Assembly (NCBI GenBank): GCA_964632395.1
Contig: CAZWES010000004.1
Span: 120-64,119, forward strand
Length of the DNA stretch: 64,000 bases
Direction of reading: 5' to 3'
Source of the DNA: an uncultured Candidatus Peribacteria bacterium
Lineage (GTDB): Bacteria; Patescibacteriota; Gracilibacteria; Peribacterales; Peribacteraceae
In this document: positions 43,379-53,576 of the stretch, one piece after another
How positions within the stretch are numbered: the first letter of the stretch is position 1
Layout: every line of letters starts with the position of its first letter
Notes under the pieces: model-generated
What the model was told of the DNA's origin: nothing
Databases searched by the model: none
Seen by the model: the letters and a program-made list of their open reading frames with translations, nothing else
Translations under genes and position numbers: made by a program

Positions 43379-43741
43379 ATGTTCCAATCCAAAAAGTGCA
43401 TCTCCACAGATAATCTGCAACAGCTTAAGTCTGATCTGGATTGTTTTCTCAAAAAAAGGAAAAAGGTGAAATGCAAATCACTGAATCGAACCGTTTCCCT
43501 TGAGAAATTACCTGATGCTCTCACTGAGCGTCACGATTCAAGAAGAAGGCTACAGGCTCTAAATGTTGGTTTGGACATTGTGCTAAAGTCTCCGTCCTGC
43601 ACAAGACGTGTTATCGGAGGTCATACATGTTTTGAGTTTCGTGGAAAAGATGCCGCAGGAAAGCTGGTTATTGTGCATCTTAGGGAAGAAATTATTCAGA
43701 AAGATCGCATATTGTTTCTTGTCTCTTGTGCAACAAAATGA
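43379..43741 (+). CDS. Hypothetical protein
   Basis: ORF open from TTG 43361, first ATG at 43379. No motif recognised. Confidence 0.35.
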   Translation: MFQSKKCISTDNLQQLKSDLDCFLKKRKKVKCKSLNRTVSLEKLPDALTERHDSRRRLQALNVGLDIVLKSPSCTRRVIGGHTCFEFRGKDAAGKLVIVHLREEIIQKDRILFLVSCATK

Positions 43742-43931
43742 GAAACGAACAGGTTGAAAACCCCACCCACTAGCTAACGTGGGTCAGGATTTCCGAATCA
43801 TTTTATTCCCTTGGGAGTTTTACCACTCCGCCGTAACGAAGGCACCCGCGGGACCTACTCTGATGTGCCTCTATACTACCTCTGCAATGCTATTTTAGTC
43901 AATAGCGCTCAAATGCTGGTACACTGCACGT

Positions 43932-45614
43932 ATGCAACGCTCCTGTGCAAATTCCTGGTGCAACCAGTCCTTTGAGGTCACCGAGAGCGACATTAAGTTC
44001 TACGACAAAATTTCTCCGGTTTTTGGTGGGAAGAAATATCAGATACCGGCTCCGACGAGATGTCCGGAGTGTAGGCAGCAAAGGCGGTTAACATTCAGAA
44101 ATGAGAATTGCTTATACAATCGTAATTGTGATCTATGCAAAAATCCGATGATGGCTGTGTTCCATCCTAGTAGTCACTATGCAGTTTATTGCGTTGATTG
44201 CTGGTGGTCAGATAAGTGGGATCCTACAGATTATGCACAAGACTATGATCCCAATCGTCCTTTCTTCGATCAGCTTAAAGAACTCACGCTTAAGGTTCCC
44301 AAGGCAGCGGTTCTGCAACTCAATAATGAAAACAGCAAGTACAATACACTGCTTGCTTTCAGCAAAAATACTTACATGAGTCCTGGCAGTTATTTGATGG
44401 AAAACTGCATGTATGTGAGAAAGGGGCAAAGGTGTGGTGATTGTATTAATAGCAATGCACTCAACAAGTGCGAACTGGTCTCTAACAGTACAAATTGTGA
44501 CAGATGTTATTCATCTCACTACTTGGTAAATTGTCGCAATTGCTCTGACTCAAAATATCTTCAAGATTGCACTGAGCTGAAAGATTGTTTTATGTGTTCA
44601 GGAATTAATAAAAAGCAGTATTGCTACAAAAACAAAGAATATCCGAAAAAAGAATACGAACAGATTCTTACTCGCTACGAATCGGAACCCCTGGATGTCG
44701 TGTGGAAAGAGTTCGTTGAGCTTAGTTCCGGTGTTCCAAAGAAAGCACAGATTCAGCTTAACTGTGAGAATTCATCTGGGGACTACCTGTACAATTGCAA
44801 AAATGCGGTCAAATGCTTCGACTGCTTCGATATTGAGGATTCAAAGTACCTATATGAATGCGAAGGTGTAAAGGATTCAATGGATATGTGCATGCATGAT
44901 AAAGAAATTGAGCTTTGTCTGGAACTGAGTTCCGGAGGTGAGAAAAATTATCGAACAAAATACTGCTACTGCACAATCGCATCGCCGAACTCTGCATATT
45001 TGCATTCGTGTTTCTATTTGCGTGACAGTTTTGGATGCGATGGAATACATGAGAGATCAAAGCACTGCATCCTCAACAAACAATATTCAAAAGAAGAATA
45101 CGAAGCCCTTGTCCCGAAAGTAATAGAACATATGCAAAAGACGGGAGAGTGGGGCGAATTCTTCTCTGTAGAACTTTCTCCCTTTGCCTACAACGAAACA
45201 GTTGCTCAGGAATACTTTCCTCTAACAAAAGAAGAAGTCATATCCCGGGGATGGAAATGGAGAGATGAGGTTGACGAAGTTCCACAGGTCGAAAAAATCA
45301 TTCCCGCAGAGCGTCTTCCTGATTCCATCAACGATATTCCCGATGACATCTTAAATTGGGCAATTAAATGTGAAGCAACGGGAAGGCCATTTAGAATCGT
45401 AAAACAAGAACTTGCTTTTTACAGGAAGATGAAGTTGCCGATTCCCCATCTTCATCCGGATGAAAGGCATAAAAGAAGAATGGCACTCAGAAATCCAAGA
45501 AAACTCTGGAACAGAAAATGTGCAAAGTGCCAGAAAGACATCCAGACGACATACTCGCCTGAGAGACCAGAAACGGTTTACTGCGAAGAATGCTATTTGA
45601 AGGAGGTGTACTAA
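43932..45614 (+). CDS. Cysteine-rich protein with N- and C-terminal zinc-ribbon modules and a central Cys-repeat region
   Basis: 560 aa. N-terminal RCPECRQQRRLTFRNE...NCDLCKNPM...VYCVDCW is paralogous to C-terminal ERHKRRMALRNP...KCAKCQKDI...VYCEECY. The centre has many C-x2-C / NC-x-x-C repeats. Confidence 0.6.
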   Translation: MQRSCANSWCNQSFEVTESDIKFYDKISPVFGGKKYQIPAPTRCPECRQQRRLTFRNENCLYNRNCDLCKNPMMAVFHPSSHYAVYCVDCWWSDKWDPTDYAQDYDPNRPFFDQLKELTLKVPKAAVLQLNNENSKYNTLLAFSKNTYMSPGSYLMENCMYVRKGQRCGDCINSNALNKCELVSNSTNCDRCYSSHYLVNCRNCSDSKYLQDCTELKDCFMCSGINKKQYCYKNKEYPKKEYEQILTRYESEPLDVVWKEFVELSSGVPKKAQIQLNCENSSGDYLYNCKNAVKCFDCFDIEDSKYLYECEGVKDSMDMCMHDKEIELCLELSSGGEKNYRTKYCYCTIASPNSAYLHSCFYLRDSFGCDGIHERSKHCILNKQYSKEEYEALVPKVIEHMQKTGEWGEFFSVELSPFAYNETVAQEYFPLTKEEVISRGWKWRDEVDEVPQVEKIIPAERLPDSINDIPDDILNWAIKCEATGRPFRIVKQELAFYRKMKLPIPHLHPDERHKRRMALRNPRKLWNRKCAKCQKDIQTTYSPERPETVYCEECYLKEVY

Positions 45615-45619
45615 CAAAA

Positions 45620-45640
45620 AACCCCGCAAGAGGCGGGGTT
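45620..45640 (-). terminator. Intrinsic-terminator-like hairpin whose U-tract lies on the minus strand
   Basis: AACCCCGC aagag GCGGGGTT is an 8-bp stem. The A6 run at 45616-45621 on the plus strand gives hairpin + TTTTTT when read on the minus strand. Confidence 0.5.
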
Positions 45641-45758
45641 CAAATGCCCATACTAGGGGCGACCCTTTGGATCGTCACCTCAGGGTACTAATAGTTTATT
45701 CTTTCCCTCTGTTCATGTCAAGGCAAATGCGCTAGCTTGTTGTGCGCTGCTATTATGT

Positions 45759-45829
45759 GGGGCGGGCTTGGTGCGGCCTTGGGATCGTCACCTCAGAGGT
45801 TAGGGGTTCGAATCCCCTCCGCTCCACCA
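45759..45829 (+). ncRNA. tRNA-like RNA of tmRNA-TLD / alanine type ending in encoded CCA; not a canonical cloverleaf
   Basis: 7-bp acceptor GGGGCGG/CCGCTCC with G3:U70. T arm AGGGG-TTCGAAT-CCCCT. Discriminator A plus CCA. Only 36 nt lie between the acceptor and the T arm. TGCTATTAT (extended -10-like) lies 3 nt upstream. A second GGGGCGA...GGATCGTCACCTCAG motif at 45656-45683 resembles a tmRNA 5' end. Confidence 0.5.
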
Positions 45830-45860
45830 AGGCAGCGTCAATACTTACCTATCCTCTACT

Positions 45861-47132
45861 ATGACTAAAATCCAATCTCTCCACGCCCGCCAAATACTGG
45901 ATTCCCGTGGCAATCCCACAATCGAAGTTGATTGCCTGCTTGATGACGGCTCGTTCGGTCGTGCCGCAGTTCCTTCCGGTGCTTCCACCGGAACACACGA
46001 AGCGCTTGAACTTCGTGATGGTGATAAAAGTTTGTTTGGCGGCAAGTCCGTTCAGAAAGCGGTCAAAAACGTCAACACCGTCATCGCGGAGAAGTTGAAG
46101 GATATGGATGTTGCGGATCAAAAAGCAGTTGATCAGGCAATGCTGGAACTTGATGGGACGGAGAACAAATCAAAGCTTGGTGCCAATGCCATTCTGGGTG
46201 TTTCGATGGCAGTTTGCCGTGCGCGTGCCGGCAGCGAGCACTGCCCGTTATGGAAGTCGCTCGCAACGCAATTTGAGATCGAAGATCCGAATGTGCTCCC
46301 GGTTCCAATGATGAATGTACTAAACGGCGGTCAGCATGCGGATTCCGGTCTTGCAATTCAGGAGTTCATGATAATTCCGTCAGAATTTTCCACATTTTCC
46401 GATGCGCTGCGTGCGGGAGTAGAGACTTTTCACACGCTTAAGAAAATTCTCAAAGAGGATGGCCACATCACTGCAGTTGGAGATGAGGGGGGATTTGCAC
46501 CGCGACTCAAGACAAATCGAGAAGCTCTGGAAATGCTGATGCGTGCTATCAAGGATGCCGGCTACGGGGGCAAGATCAAACTGGCACTGGATGCGGCAGC
46601 CTCTGAGTTTTATCAGAATGGCAAATACAAAATTGATGGCAAAGAGATTTCGTCAGACGAATTGACTGCGTATTACCAAGAGCTCGTCAACGATTTCCCG
46701 ATTGCTTCAATCGAGGATAGCCACAGCGAAGATGACTGGGATGGGTTCGCCTCACTTACATCAGCAATTGGCGATCGTGTTCAACTTGTAGGAGATGATT
46801 TGTACGTCACAAATGTCAAACGAATCGAACAGGGGATTGAGAAGAAAACTACGAATGCAGTGCTTATCAAGCTAAATCAAATCGGATCAGTCACAGAGAC
46901 TGTGGATGCTATCAAATTGACGCAGGATGCCGGATGGAACCCGGTAATCAGCCACAGGAGCGGCGAGACTGAGGATACCTTCATCGCACATCTTGCGATT
47001 GCGTTGCGTGCCGGGCAGATAAAAACGGGTTCCCTGAGCCGTACAGACCGCGTTTGTAAATACAATCAGATCCTGAGGATAGAGGAGCAGTTGGGCGGGA
47101 AGGCGGAGTATGGTATTGTCTCCTCCCCATGA
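45861..47132 (+). CDS. eno: Enolase
   Basis: [10 protein letters not shown], the [18 protein letters not shown] signature, and [10 protein letters not shown]. Confidence 0.96.
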   Translation: MTKIQSLHARQILDSRGNPTIEVDCLLDDGSFGRAAVPSGASTGTHEALELRDGDKSLFGGKSVQKAVKNVNTVIAEKLKDMDVADQKAVDQAMLELDGTENKSKLGANAILGVSMAVCRARAGSEHCPLWKSLATQFEIEDPNVLPVPMMNVLNGGQHADSGLAIQEFMIIPSEFSTFSDALRAGVETFHTLKKILKEDGHITAVGDEGGFAPRLKTNREALEMLMRAIKDAGYGGKIKLALDAAASEFYQNGKYKIDGKEISSDELTAYYQELVNDFPIASIEDSHSEDDWDGFASLTSAIGDRVQLVGDDLYVTNVKRIEQGIEKKTTNAVLIKLNQIGSVTETVDAIKLTQDAGWNPVISHRSGETEDTFIAHLAIALRAGQIKTGSLSRTDRVCKYNQILRIEEQLGGKAEYGIVSSP

Positions 47133-48859
47133 TCCAATCCCGCCGCCGCCGCCATGGCGTGTATGCCATTTCTACTCCCCGTGCTTCGGGCATGAGGCGT
47201 GCAGTGGTTATGTTGGTGGTTGCAGCCGTCATAGTTCTTCTGAGCTGGATGATGTTGCGTGCCGTTATCCCTTCAGACGAGATGCACCGCGTTGCGACCA
47301 TCCTAAAAGTCAGTGACCGTGGAAGAGTGGAGGTCACGATTCAGGGTGAGGGCGCAGCACAGCGCGCGGAGTCAGGTCTACGTCTTTATGATGGCGACCT
47401 AGTCAAAACTGATGCAGGTGCAAATGCGACTCTCCAGTTTTTTGATGGAACATCCGTCACTCTTGATTCAAAAAGCTCTTTGATGCTTGGAGATGTTTTG
47501 CAGGGAGTTGAATCCTCAACGATTGAATTAAGTGTACAGAGCGGTCAGGTATTCATTGAGTCCGGAACCGGTACAACAGTAAATCGGGGGCTTAAATCAA
47601 AACTTGCGCTCTCAGAGATTCCAGCTTATACAAGGGCAGTAATCGGTCGCTCAGGGGAAATGTATGAGGACTCCGAGCATGTTGTGGTATTTGCGACAAC
47701 CGGTCCGGGAGTTATGTCATCAGTTGATACCGGCAAATTTATGAATCAGGAAATTATCACAGGCGAGGGGCAGGAACTCACACTGTCATCTGCCGGACTT
47801 GCAAAGATTAAAGAAGGTGCTGATCCATATGACCTTCGTTCAGTTTTAGATGACAAGGTCTTCTCAAGTTCTTTGTATATTTATGTTTCTGAGTGGCAGG
47901 ATGTTGTGGAAGTTGCTGAAGCTCCGGAAGAGGAGCAGGAAACTACGGTTGATGGAGAACTGCTTGTGATTGATGAACCTGCTGACGGGTCGCTCCTTGA
48001 TGAGAGCGCTGTTCTTGTAAAAGGCCGCGTCGGCTCGCGTGTGACTGTCGTCAGAGTCAACGGATATTCTGCAGAACTCAACGAGGGCGTTTTTGAGAAG
48101 GAGATTGCTTTGCCGGATGAAGAGGAGTTTTCAGTTGAGGTTCAGGCAGAGGATAAAGACGGCCTGAACGTTGCAACAAAAACTCTGGAACTCAGGCGTG
48201 ATATCAAGCCACCGGAGCCTCCAATAATAACTTCCCCTGCACGAGTCACAATCGAGGACATGGCAGAAGAGCGCGAGCCCGTTCCAGTACAGGCAGATAG
48301 CTTCGAAATTGAGGGTGATCCGCCGGAAGATGCAATCGGAATCATCGTCAACGGGTATCGTCTCCAGAAGTTCAAGCCCGGAAAGCCATGGTCATACCTT
48401 GTGGATCCGGAGCTCAAAAATGTCAGAGTGGGGGAGAATACTTACGAGGTGATCGCAGTTGATCACTCAGGTAACCAAAGCGAACCTGTTTCGATTGTCA
48501 TCCTCTGGAAAGCACAGCCGGTTCCGGAGATTCCGGAGGGTGAGGATTTGCCACGTGATGAAGGCGCAGCACTTTATCCGGGGTCACTCCGAGTAATCGC
48601 TCCAACATCAGATGGAAGTCAATTTGTAACAAATCTTTCAGAAGTTTTGATCGAGGGAGAGACGCATCCGGAGACTCATTCTGTGAGCGTCAACGGTTTC
48701 ACTTTAACTTTGTATGAACCCGGGAAAGTCACATGGAATTACATTGCGAAAGAGGAGTACAGGAACTTCAAAGTCGGCGTTAATCGCTACACGGTTGTCG
48801 CTCGGAATCGTGAGGGGATGATTTTGGATGTTGTGAGGTATGTGGTGGAGAGGAGGTAG
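47129..48859 (+). CDS. Membrane-anchored FecR-domain protein with Ig-like repeat region
   Basis: TM anchor [19 protein letters not shown]. FecR-like [37 protein letters not shown]. Beta-rich repeats. ATGA overlap with the eno stop. Confidence 0.6.
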   Translation: MIQSRRRRHGVYAISTPRASGMRRAVVMLVVAAVIVLLSWMMLRAVIPSDEMHRVATILKVSDRGRVEVTIQGEGAAQRAESGLRLYDGDLVKTDAGANATLQFFDGTSVTLDSKSSLMLGDVLQGVESSTIELSVQSGQVFIESGTGTTVNRGLKSKLALSEIPAYTRAVIGRSGEMYEDSEHVVVFATTGPGVMSSVDTGKFMNQEIITGEGQELTLSSAGLAKIKEGADPYDLRSVLDDKVFSSSLYIYVSEWQDVVEVAEAPEEEQETTVDGELLVIDEPADGSLLDESAVLVKGRVGSRVTVVRVNGYSAELNEGVFEKEIALPDEEEFSVEVQAEDKDGLNVATKTLELRRDIKPPEPPIITSPARVTIEDMAEEREPVPVQADSFEIEGDPPEDAIGIIVNGYRLQKFKPGKPWSYLVDPELKNVRVGENTYEVIAVDHSGNQSEPVSIVILWKAQPVPEIPEGEDLPRDEGAALYPGSLRVIAPTSDGSQFVTNLSEVLIEGETHPETHSVSVNGFTLTLYEPGKVTWNYIAKEEYRNFKVGVNRYTVVARNREGMILDVVRYVVERR

Positions 48860-48900
48860 GTGAACGCCCGCGTTGACTCCACGCAGTTGCCGTTTTCACA

Positions 48901-48976
48901 AGCCGCGCCCTCGGAGGGGCGCTCTGCGTTTTGGAATTATTTCCACACGCAGAGCAGCCTTCCACGGCTGCGGCTC
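48901..48976. repeat. Family B palindromic repeat, copy 3
   Basis: About 93% identical to copy 2. Lies between convergent genes. Confidence 0.85.
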
Positions 48977-49047
48977 GGGGAAAATCGACTGGCTGAAGTT
49001 TGAAAACTACAGACACACCCACTCCATCTCGGTAGTAAGAGAGCATG

Positions 49048-49728
49048 CTAAATCAATGTGAGGCTTTCTCCATCACCACAAAACCCATCCCACACAGGCG
49101 CCTCAACTTGTGCATCTTTTTGAGTATCAGGTGACACAAACTCCAACCTCCACGCATGCAACTGCATAGTCTTAACACCATATTTCTCGGAAATTGTCTG
49201 ACTCGCACTCGTCCCATACGTCTCATCCCCCAAAACCGGATGGCCGATTGAGGCTAAGTGCACGCGGATTTGATGAGTTCGACCTGTCTTAATTTCACAT
49301 CTGAGCAGTGCAGAATCGTCAGTGCTATCAAGTACTTCATACATCGTCACAGCTTCCCGGCTTTTACCTGTTTTAAAAAGTGACATCTTCACACGATTAA
49401 CAAGTGATCTGCCGATTGGAGAATCTATCATTGCTTTCTTCTCTTTAGGGATTCCGGCCACGATTGCGAGATATATTTTTTTGACTGTACGGTCTTTGAA
49501 TTGTTTTTTTAAGTAGGCGAGCGCTTCAGTATTTTTTGCGATAAGGAGGCAACCGGTTGTTTCTTTGTCGAGTCGATGGACGAGTTCAAGATTTTTATCA
49601 TTGAGCTCTTCCCTGAGTTTTTCTATCAACGTCACTTCACCTTTAGTTTGTTCAGCTGGGTGCACGGTCATGCCGCGGGGCTTGTTGATGACGAGGCAGG
49701 AAGCGTCTTGGTAGAGGATGGGTAACAT
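49048..49728 (-). CDS. RluA-family pseudouridine synthase
   Basis: Catalytic motif HRLDKETTGCLLIAK, and KTGRTHQIRVHL. Confidence 0.88.
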   Translation of the reverse strand: MLPILYQDASCLVINKPRGMTVHPAEQTKGEVTLIEKLREELNDKNLELVHRLDKETTGCLLIAKNTEALAYLKKQFKDRTVKKIYLAIVAGIPKEKKAMIDSPIGRSLVNRVKMSLFKTGKSREAVTMYEVLDSTDDSALLRCEIKTGRTHQIRVHLASIGHPVLGDETYGTSASQTISEKYGVKTMQLHAWRLEFVSPDTQKDAQVEAPVWDGFCGDGESLTLI

Positions 49729-49757
49729 TTGGGTATCAGTCTACCATTGCTCTGATT

Positions 49758-49818
49758 AGTGGATAGAGGATAGTGGATAGTGAAATGAAGTGATTACTAT
49801 CCTCTATCCACTATCCTC
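49758..49818. repeat. GGATAG-repeat hairpin upstream of infB
   Basis: GGATAGAGGATAGTGGATAG ... CTATCCTCTATCCACTATCC, an inverted repeat of three GGATAG(A/T) units. Confidence 0.75.
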
Positions 49819-49877
49819 TTTTTTCGTTTCACGAATCACTCCATTCTGCTACAGTCCCCCAGGCTAACCCCACTCCT

Positions 49878-52136
49878 ATGCGCCTTGTAGAAGTTGCGCG
49901 ATCTCTCGGCATGACGGGTCAAAAACTGCGACGTGAACTCACGCAGGTGGATTTTGGGGTAAAGCCGACGGATAGAGAGGTGCCCGATACTGTGGCACAG
50001 GGGATAATCCGCTATATTTCGCAGAAGTATGGGATAGAGGTGAAGGATGAGTCTGAGGTTGCAGAGGAGGAGACACAATTATCGGAAGAGGAAGTTCAGG
50101 AAGAAGCATCAGAAGTTTCTGATGAGGAAGTGGTTGAGTCTGAATCACCAGAGGATGTGAAGGAGGCGAAGGGAGAGAAAGAGGGAGAAAAAAAGGAGCA
50201 GGTGCACGTCATGCGAAAGCTCACGCTTGAGGATGTTTCCGATGCTGCGGTTAAAGCCCATGCTGCAAAAAGTCCTCCTTCGCGTCGCAGGAAACCTTCA
50301 GCCAGGCGCACAGGTAGAACTGTACAACAAAAAAGAAGGAAGCACGCGGTTCAGGAGCAGATCAAAAAGAAGGAAGGCGTGGTTGAGATCCCGGACGCTA
50401 TCACGGTAAAAGAGTTTGCGGAAAAGACAGGAGTGCAGGTGCCGGAGGTTGTTTCCACTCTTATGAAAAACGGTGTGATGGCATCCATCAACCAAAACAT
50501 TGATTTTGACACAGCGGCAATTGTTGCGGAAGAAATGGATATTCAGGTTAAAAAAACACAGGTTGAGGTTTCCGCAGAAGGTTTGCTCACGGGAAATCTG
50601 GAGGAATTGCTTAAAGAGGATGATAAATCCGTACTCAAACCGCGAGCGCCGATCGTTACGATTATGGGGCACGTTGATCACGGTAAGACTGCAATTCTGG
50701 ATGCTATCCGAAAAACTGATGTGGTTTCCGGAGAGGCTGGAGGAATCACACAAAAGATTGGTGCTTATCAGGTAGAGAATGATGGCAAACCAATCACGTT
50801 TTTGGATACTCCGGGACACGAGGCATTCACTTCCATGCGCGCACGTGGTGCGCAGATCACAGACATCGTAGTTCTAGTCATCTCCGCAGATGAAGGCATT
50901 AAGCCGACAACGGTGGAAGCAATTGATCATGCAAAAGATGCAGGAGTCCCGATTTTGGTTGCCATAAACAAGATGGATCGCGAGACTGCAGATCCGGATA
51001 GAGTTAAAGGGGAGCTTGCAGGTCACGATTTGCAGCCGGAAGAGTGGGGTGGCAAAACTCCGGTTGTTCTCTGTAGTGCAAAGACAGGGCAGGGGATTGA
51101 TGAACTTCTGGATTCAATTCTCATCTTATCTGAAATCGCAGAGCTAAAAGCCAGTCCATCGCGCCCTGCAGTTGCAACGGTTGTAGAAAGCCATCTTGAT
51201 TCCTCGCTTGGTCCCGTGGCCTCAATCGTGGTCAACGCAGGAACCCTGAGGAATGGTGATTCCATTGTCTGCGGTGCAACTTCCGGTCGCATAAAGTATA
51301 TGGCTGATGCAAGTGGCGAGAGCCTTGATGAAGTTCAGCCTTCAGGTACTGTCCGCATTTCCGGACTTTCCGCAGTTCCAAGAACTGGTGATATTCTTCA
51401 GGTTGTGCAGGATGATCAGGAGGCTAAAAAACTGCTTTCACAGATTCAGGATGCGCGGGAACGCGATCGAAAGCGCGGTCTTGCGGACCTTATCACCCGC
51501 CTTTCCGAAGGGCAGATGACGATGCTCAAGATTGTTCTAAAAGCCGATTCGCAGGGTGAGATTGAGGCGATACGCGGTGCGCTTGCAAAGATTGAAAAGG
51601 AAAGCCAGGGAGTAAAAGTGATGCCGAAAGTAATCCACACGGCATGCGGGAACATTACAGAGAGCGATGTGATGATGGCTGCAGCAAGCGAAGGAATTGT
51701 GCTTGGCTTCAACGTTATAGTTTCTACTCATGTGGAGGAAATGGCTCAAACTCAGGGCGTAAAGGTCAAACTCTATGACGTAATCTATGAGTTGATTGAT
51801 GATGTGGAGAGCCTTCTCTCCGGTCTTGTTGAGCCGGAGGAGGAAGAAAAAGTTGTGGGTCACCTGGAAGTTCGTGCATTATTCTTCCGCAAAAAATCAG
51901 ATCAGGTGATTGGCGGAATGGTGACTGATGGAATGTTCAAGCGCGTGCCTTTCCGGATTATGCGGGATGGCGAAGAGGTCGGAGCCGGCCGCATCACAAA
52001 TGTAAAAAATGGCGAAAAAGACGTAAAAGAATCCAAGGAAGGCAGAGAGTGCGGTCTTCGCATCGACTGTTCTGCAGATATACAAGAGGGCGACGTTATC
52101 GAAGGATTCGTCAGGGAATTTAAGAAGAAGGGATAG
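49878..52136 (+). CDS. infB: Translation initiation factor IF-2
   Basis: [16 protein letters not shown] and NKMD G-domain motifs. Acidic/basic N-terminal region. C-terminal beta-barrel domains. Confidence 0.96.
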   Translation: MRLVEVARSLGMTGQKLRRELTQVDFGVKPTDREVPDTVAQGIIRYISQKYGIEVKDESEVAEEETQLSEEEVQEEASEVSDEEVVESESPEDVKEAKGEKEGEKKEQVHVMRKLTLEDVSDAAVKAHAAKSPPSRRRKPSARRTGRTVQQKRRKHAVQEQIKKKEGVVEIPDAITVKEFAEKTGVQVPEVVSTLMKNGVMASINQNIDFDTAAIVAEEMDIQVKKTQVEVSAEGLLTGNLEELLKEDDKSVLKPRAPIVTIMGHVDHGKTAILDAIRKTDVVSGEAGGITQKIGAYQVENDGKPITFLDTPGHEAFTSMRARGAQITDIVVLVISADEGIKPTTVEAIDHAKDAGVPILVAINKMDRETADPDRVKGELAGHDLQPEEWGGKTPVVLCSAKTGQGIDELLDSILILSEIAELKASPSRPAVATVVESHLDSSLGPVASIVVNAGTLRNGDSIVCGATSGRIKYMADASGESLDEVQPSGTVRISGLSAVPRTGDILQVVQDDQEAKKLLSQIQDARERDRKRGLADLITRLSEGQMTMLKIVLKADSQGEIEAIRGALAKIEKESQGVKVMPKVIHTACGNITESDVMMAAASEGIVLGFNVIVSTHVEEMAQTQGVKVKLYDVIYELIDDVESLLSGLVEPEEEEKVVGHLEVRALFFRKKSDQVIGGMVTDGMFKRVPFRIMRDGEEVGAGRITNVKNGEKDVKESKEGRECGLRIDCSADIQEGDVIEGFVREFKKKG

Positions 52137-53564
52137 TTACCCCGGTATTTTTTCTGGAAACTCAACTGCCATCACGATCTCTGTTACTTTTTCTGGTTTT
52201 TCTATTTCCAAATTTTTAAGAGTGGTCAGAAAGTGTTTAAGATTTACCTGGTCTATTTTTGCTTCCTTGGTTTCACCTTCCACTTTTTCAATAGCTGCGT
52301 AAAATGGATCAGTCTTTTTCACATATTGCTTAAAGTTTGCCGCCTTAAGAGCGATCGGCTTATTAATTATTTTCCAGATTTCTCTACCATCACTGGCATC
52401 GGAAACGAGGTCATGGAAGTCATTTACAACTTTTGCAGCTTCTGCGTTGCCACCCATCTTTGCAATTGCAGATTTGCATTGAGGATCATTCCTGATCGAA
52501 AGCAATTTGTTCAATGCTTCAACTTCGCTTGGTTTGCTTGGGAGTATGTTCGTCCCCGCAAGCGCAAGTGTGCCAACTCCGTAGGCTGCGGTAAGTGCAT
52601 CGCTGTGCGAGAGGCCTTTGCCTTTTACAATCTTTTTGCCTGTTGTAATTGCGCTAAGCAGGAACAGAATTGCAAAAACACCAAATCCGGCAGCTCTTGC
52701 TGTAAGAGCCATTGGGCTCCTGTGCTTATCCACAGGCTCCACACCCGGAGGTGCAAGATTTAGCTTTCCACCTTTTCCGATCAGGCCAAGCTTTTCTGCG
52801 CATGCATAAGCTTGAGGGCATGTCCGTTTGATGTTTTGTGCTCCGAACTCTGGCAGACTTTTCATCCTACCGATCGGGTCCATGGACATGATCGTATCCA
52901 GTGCCATTTCCATTCTATTCAGTCTTGCAAGAGTTGCAGCACGCTCTGCAGGTGTTGCCTTAGGATGAATAAGTTCTTTTGCGTTGTAGATTTGCTTACG
53001 CAACTCATCAATTCTCTTAAAGTTCGGCAGAGCACTTTTTCCGTATCTGTGTAGCTTGTTTGAAGGATCGGTGTAATAAAAAATTTCATCTTCAATTTTG
53101 CTCATTTCATCATCAAGTGTTACATCGCTTGAATCGCGCTCAACGAACACGCCATTTATCTTTTTTGCTTCCTTGGTTTTGGGATCAACAGTTTTTTCCA
53201 TTGCCGATGGTGCTTTAAGCATTTTGAGGAGACTTTCCAGCACCTTTTCCCTCGCCTCAAAAAATTCTTCAGCCTTTTTTCCCAACTTTGCAGTAATCTC
53301 ACTGTTTGTCAGACTTGTATCAGTTTTACACTTGAGTGCTTCCAAATTCAGCTGAGTCGCGGATTCTATCCAATGTTTTACAAGTTCACGATCCCGAGCA
53401 GTTTCAATCTTTCCTTTATCCAGTATCTTTGTAAGATTTCTTACGATGTTCACACGTCTTTCTTCACTTACAAGCAATGCGGCAGAAAAATCTTCAGCCA
53501 GAGCTTGATTGGTTGATTTTTCTTTGCCCTCCTTGGATTCTGGTGGTTGGAGTGGGGTGGTCAT
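52137..53564 (-). CDS. Hypothetical membrane protein (475 aa; helical N-domain, two central TM helices)
   Basis: TM segments AAGFGVFAILFLLSAITTG and AAYGVGTLALAGTNIL. Lies 12 nt downstream of the 719-aa membrane protein. Its stop abuts the infB stop. Confidence 0.55.
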   Translation of the reverse strand: MTTPLQPPESKEGKEKSTNQALAEDFSAALLVSEERRVNIVRNLTKILDKGKIETARDRELVKHWIESATQLNLEALKCKTDTSLTNSEITAKLGKKAEEFFEAREKVLESLLKMLKAPSAMEKTVDPKTKEAKKINGVFVERDSSDVTLDDEMSKIEDEIFYYTDPSNKLHRYGKSALPNFKRIDELRKQIYNAKELIHPKATPAERAATLARLNRMEMALDTIMSMDPIGRMKSLPEFGAQNIKRTCPQAYACAEKLGLIGKGGKLNLAPPGVEPVDKHRSPMALTARAAGFGVFAILFLLSAITTGKKIVKGKGLSHSDALTAAYGVGTLALAGTNILPSKPSEVEALNKLLSIRNDPQCKSAIAKMGGNAEAAKVVNDFHDLVSDASDGREIWKIINKPIALKAANFKQYVKKTDPFYAAIEKVEGETKEAKIDQVNLKHFLTTLKNLEIEKPEKVTEIVMAVEFPEKIPG

Positions 53565-53576
53565 GAGTTAATGCTA

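Noticed and set aside
43742-43931. 190-nt non-coding gap containing the hairpins ACCCAC-N8-GTGGGT and GGCAC-N19-GTGCC, considered as SRP RNA, RNase P RNA or a riboswitch.
   Set aside because: The GGTCAGGATTTCCGAA segment only loosely resembles the SRP GGUCAGGUCCGGAAGG motif, and no conserved helix-8 hairpin can be drawn. No RNase P core motifs are present. The region is left unassigned.
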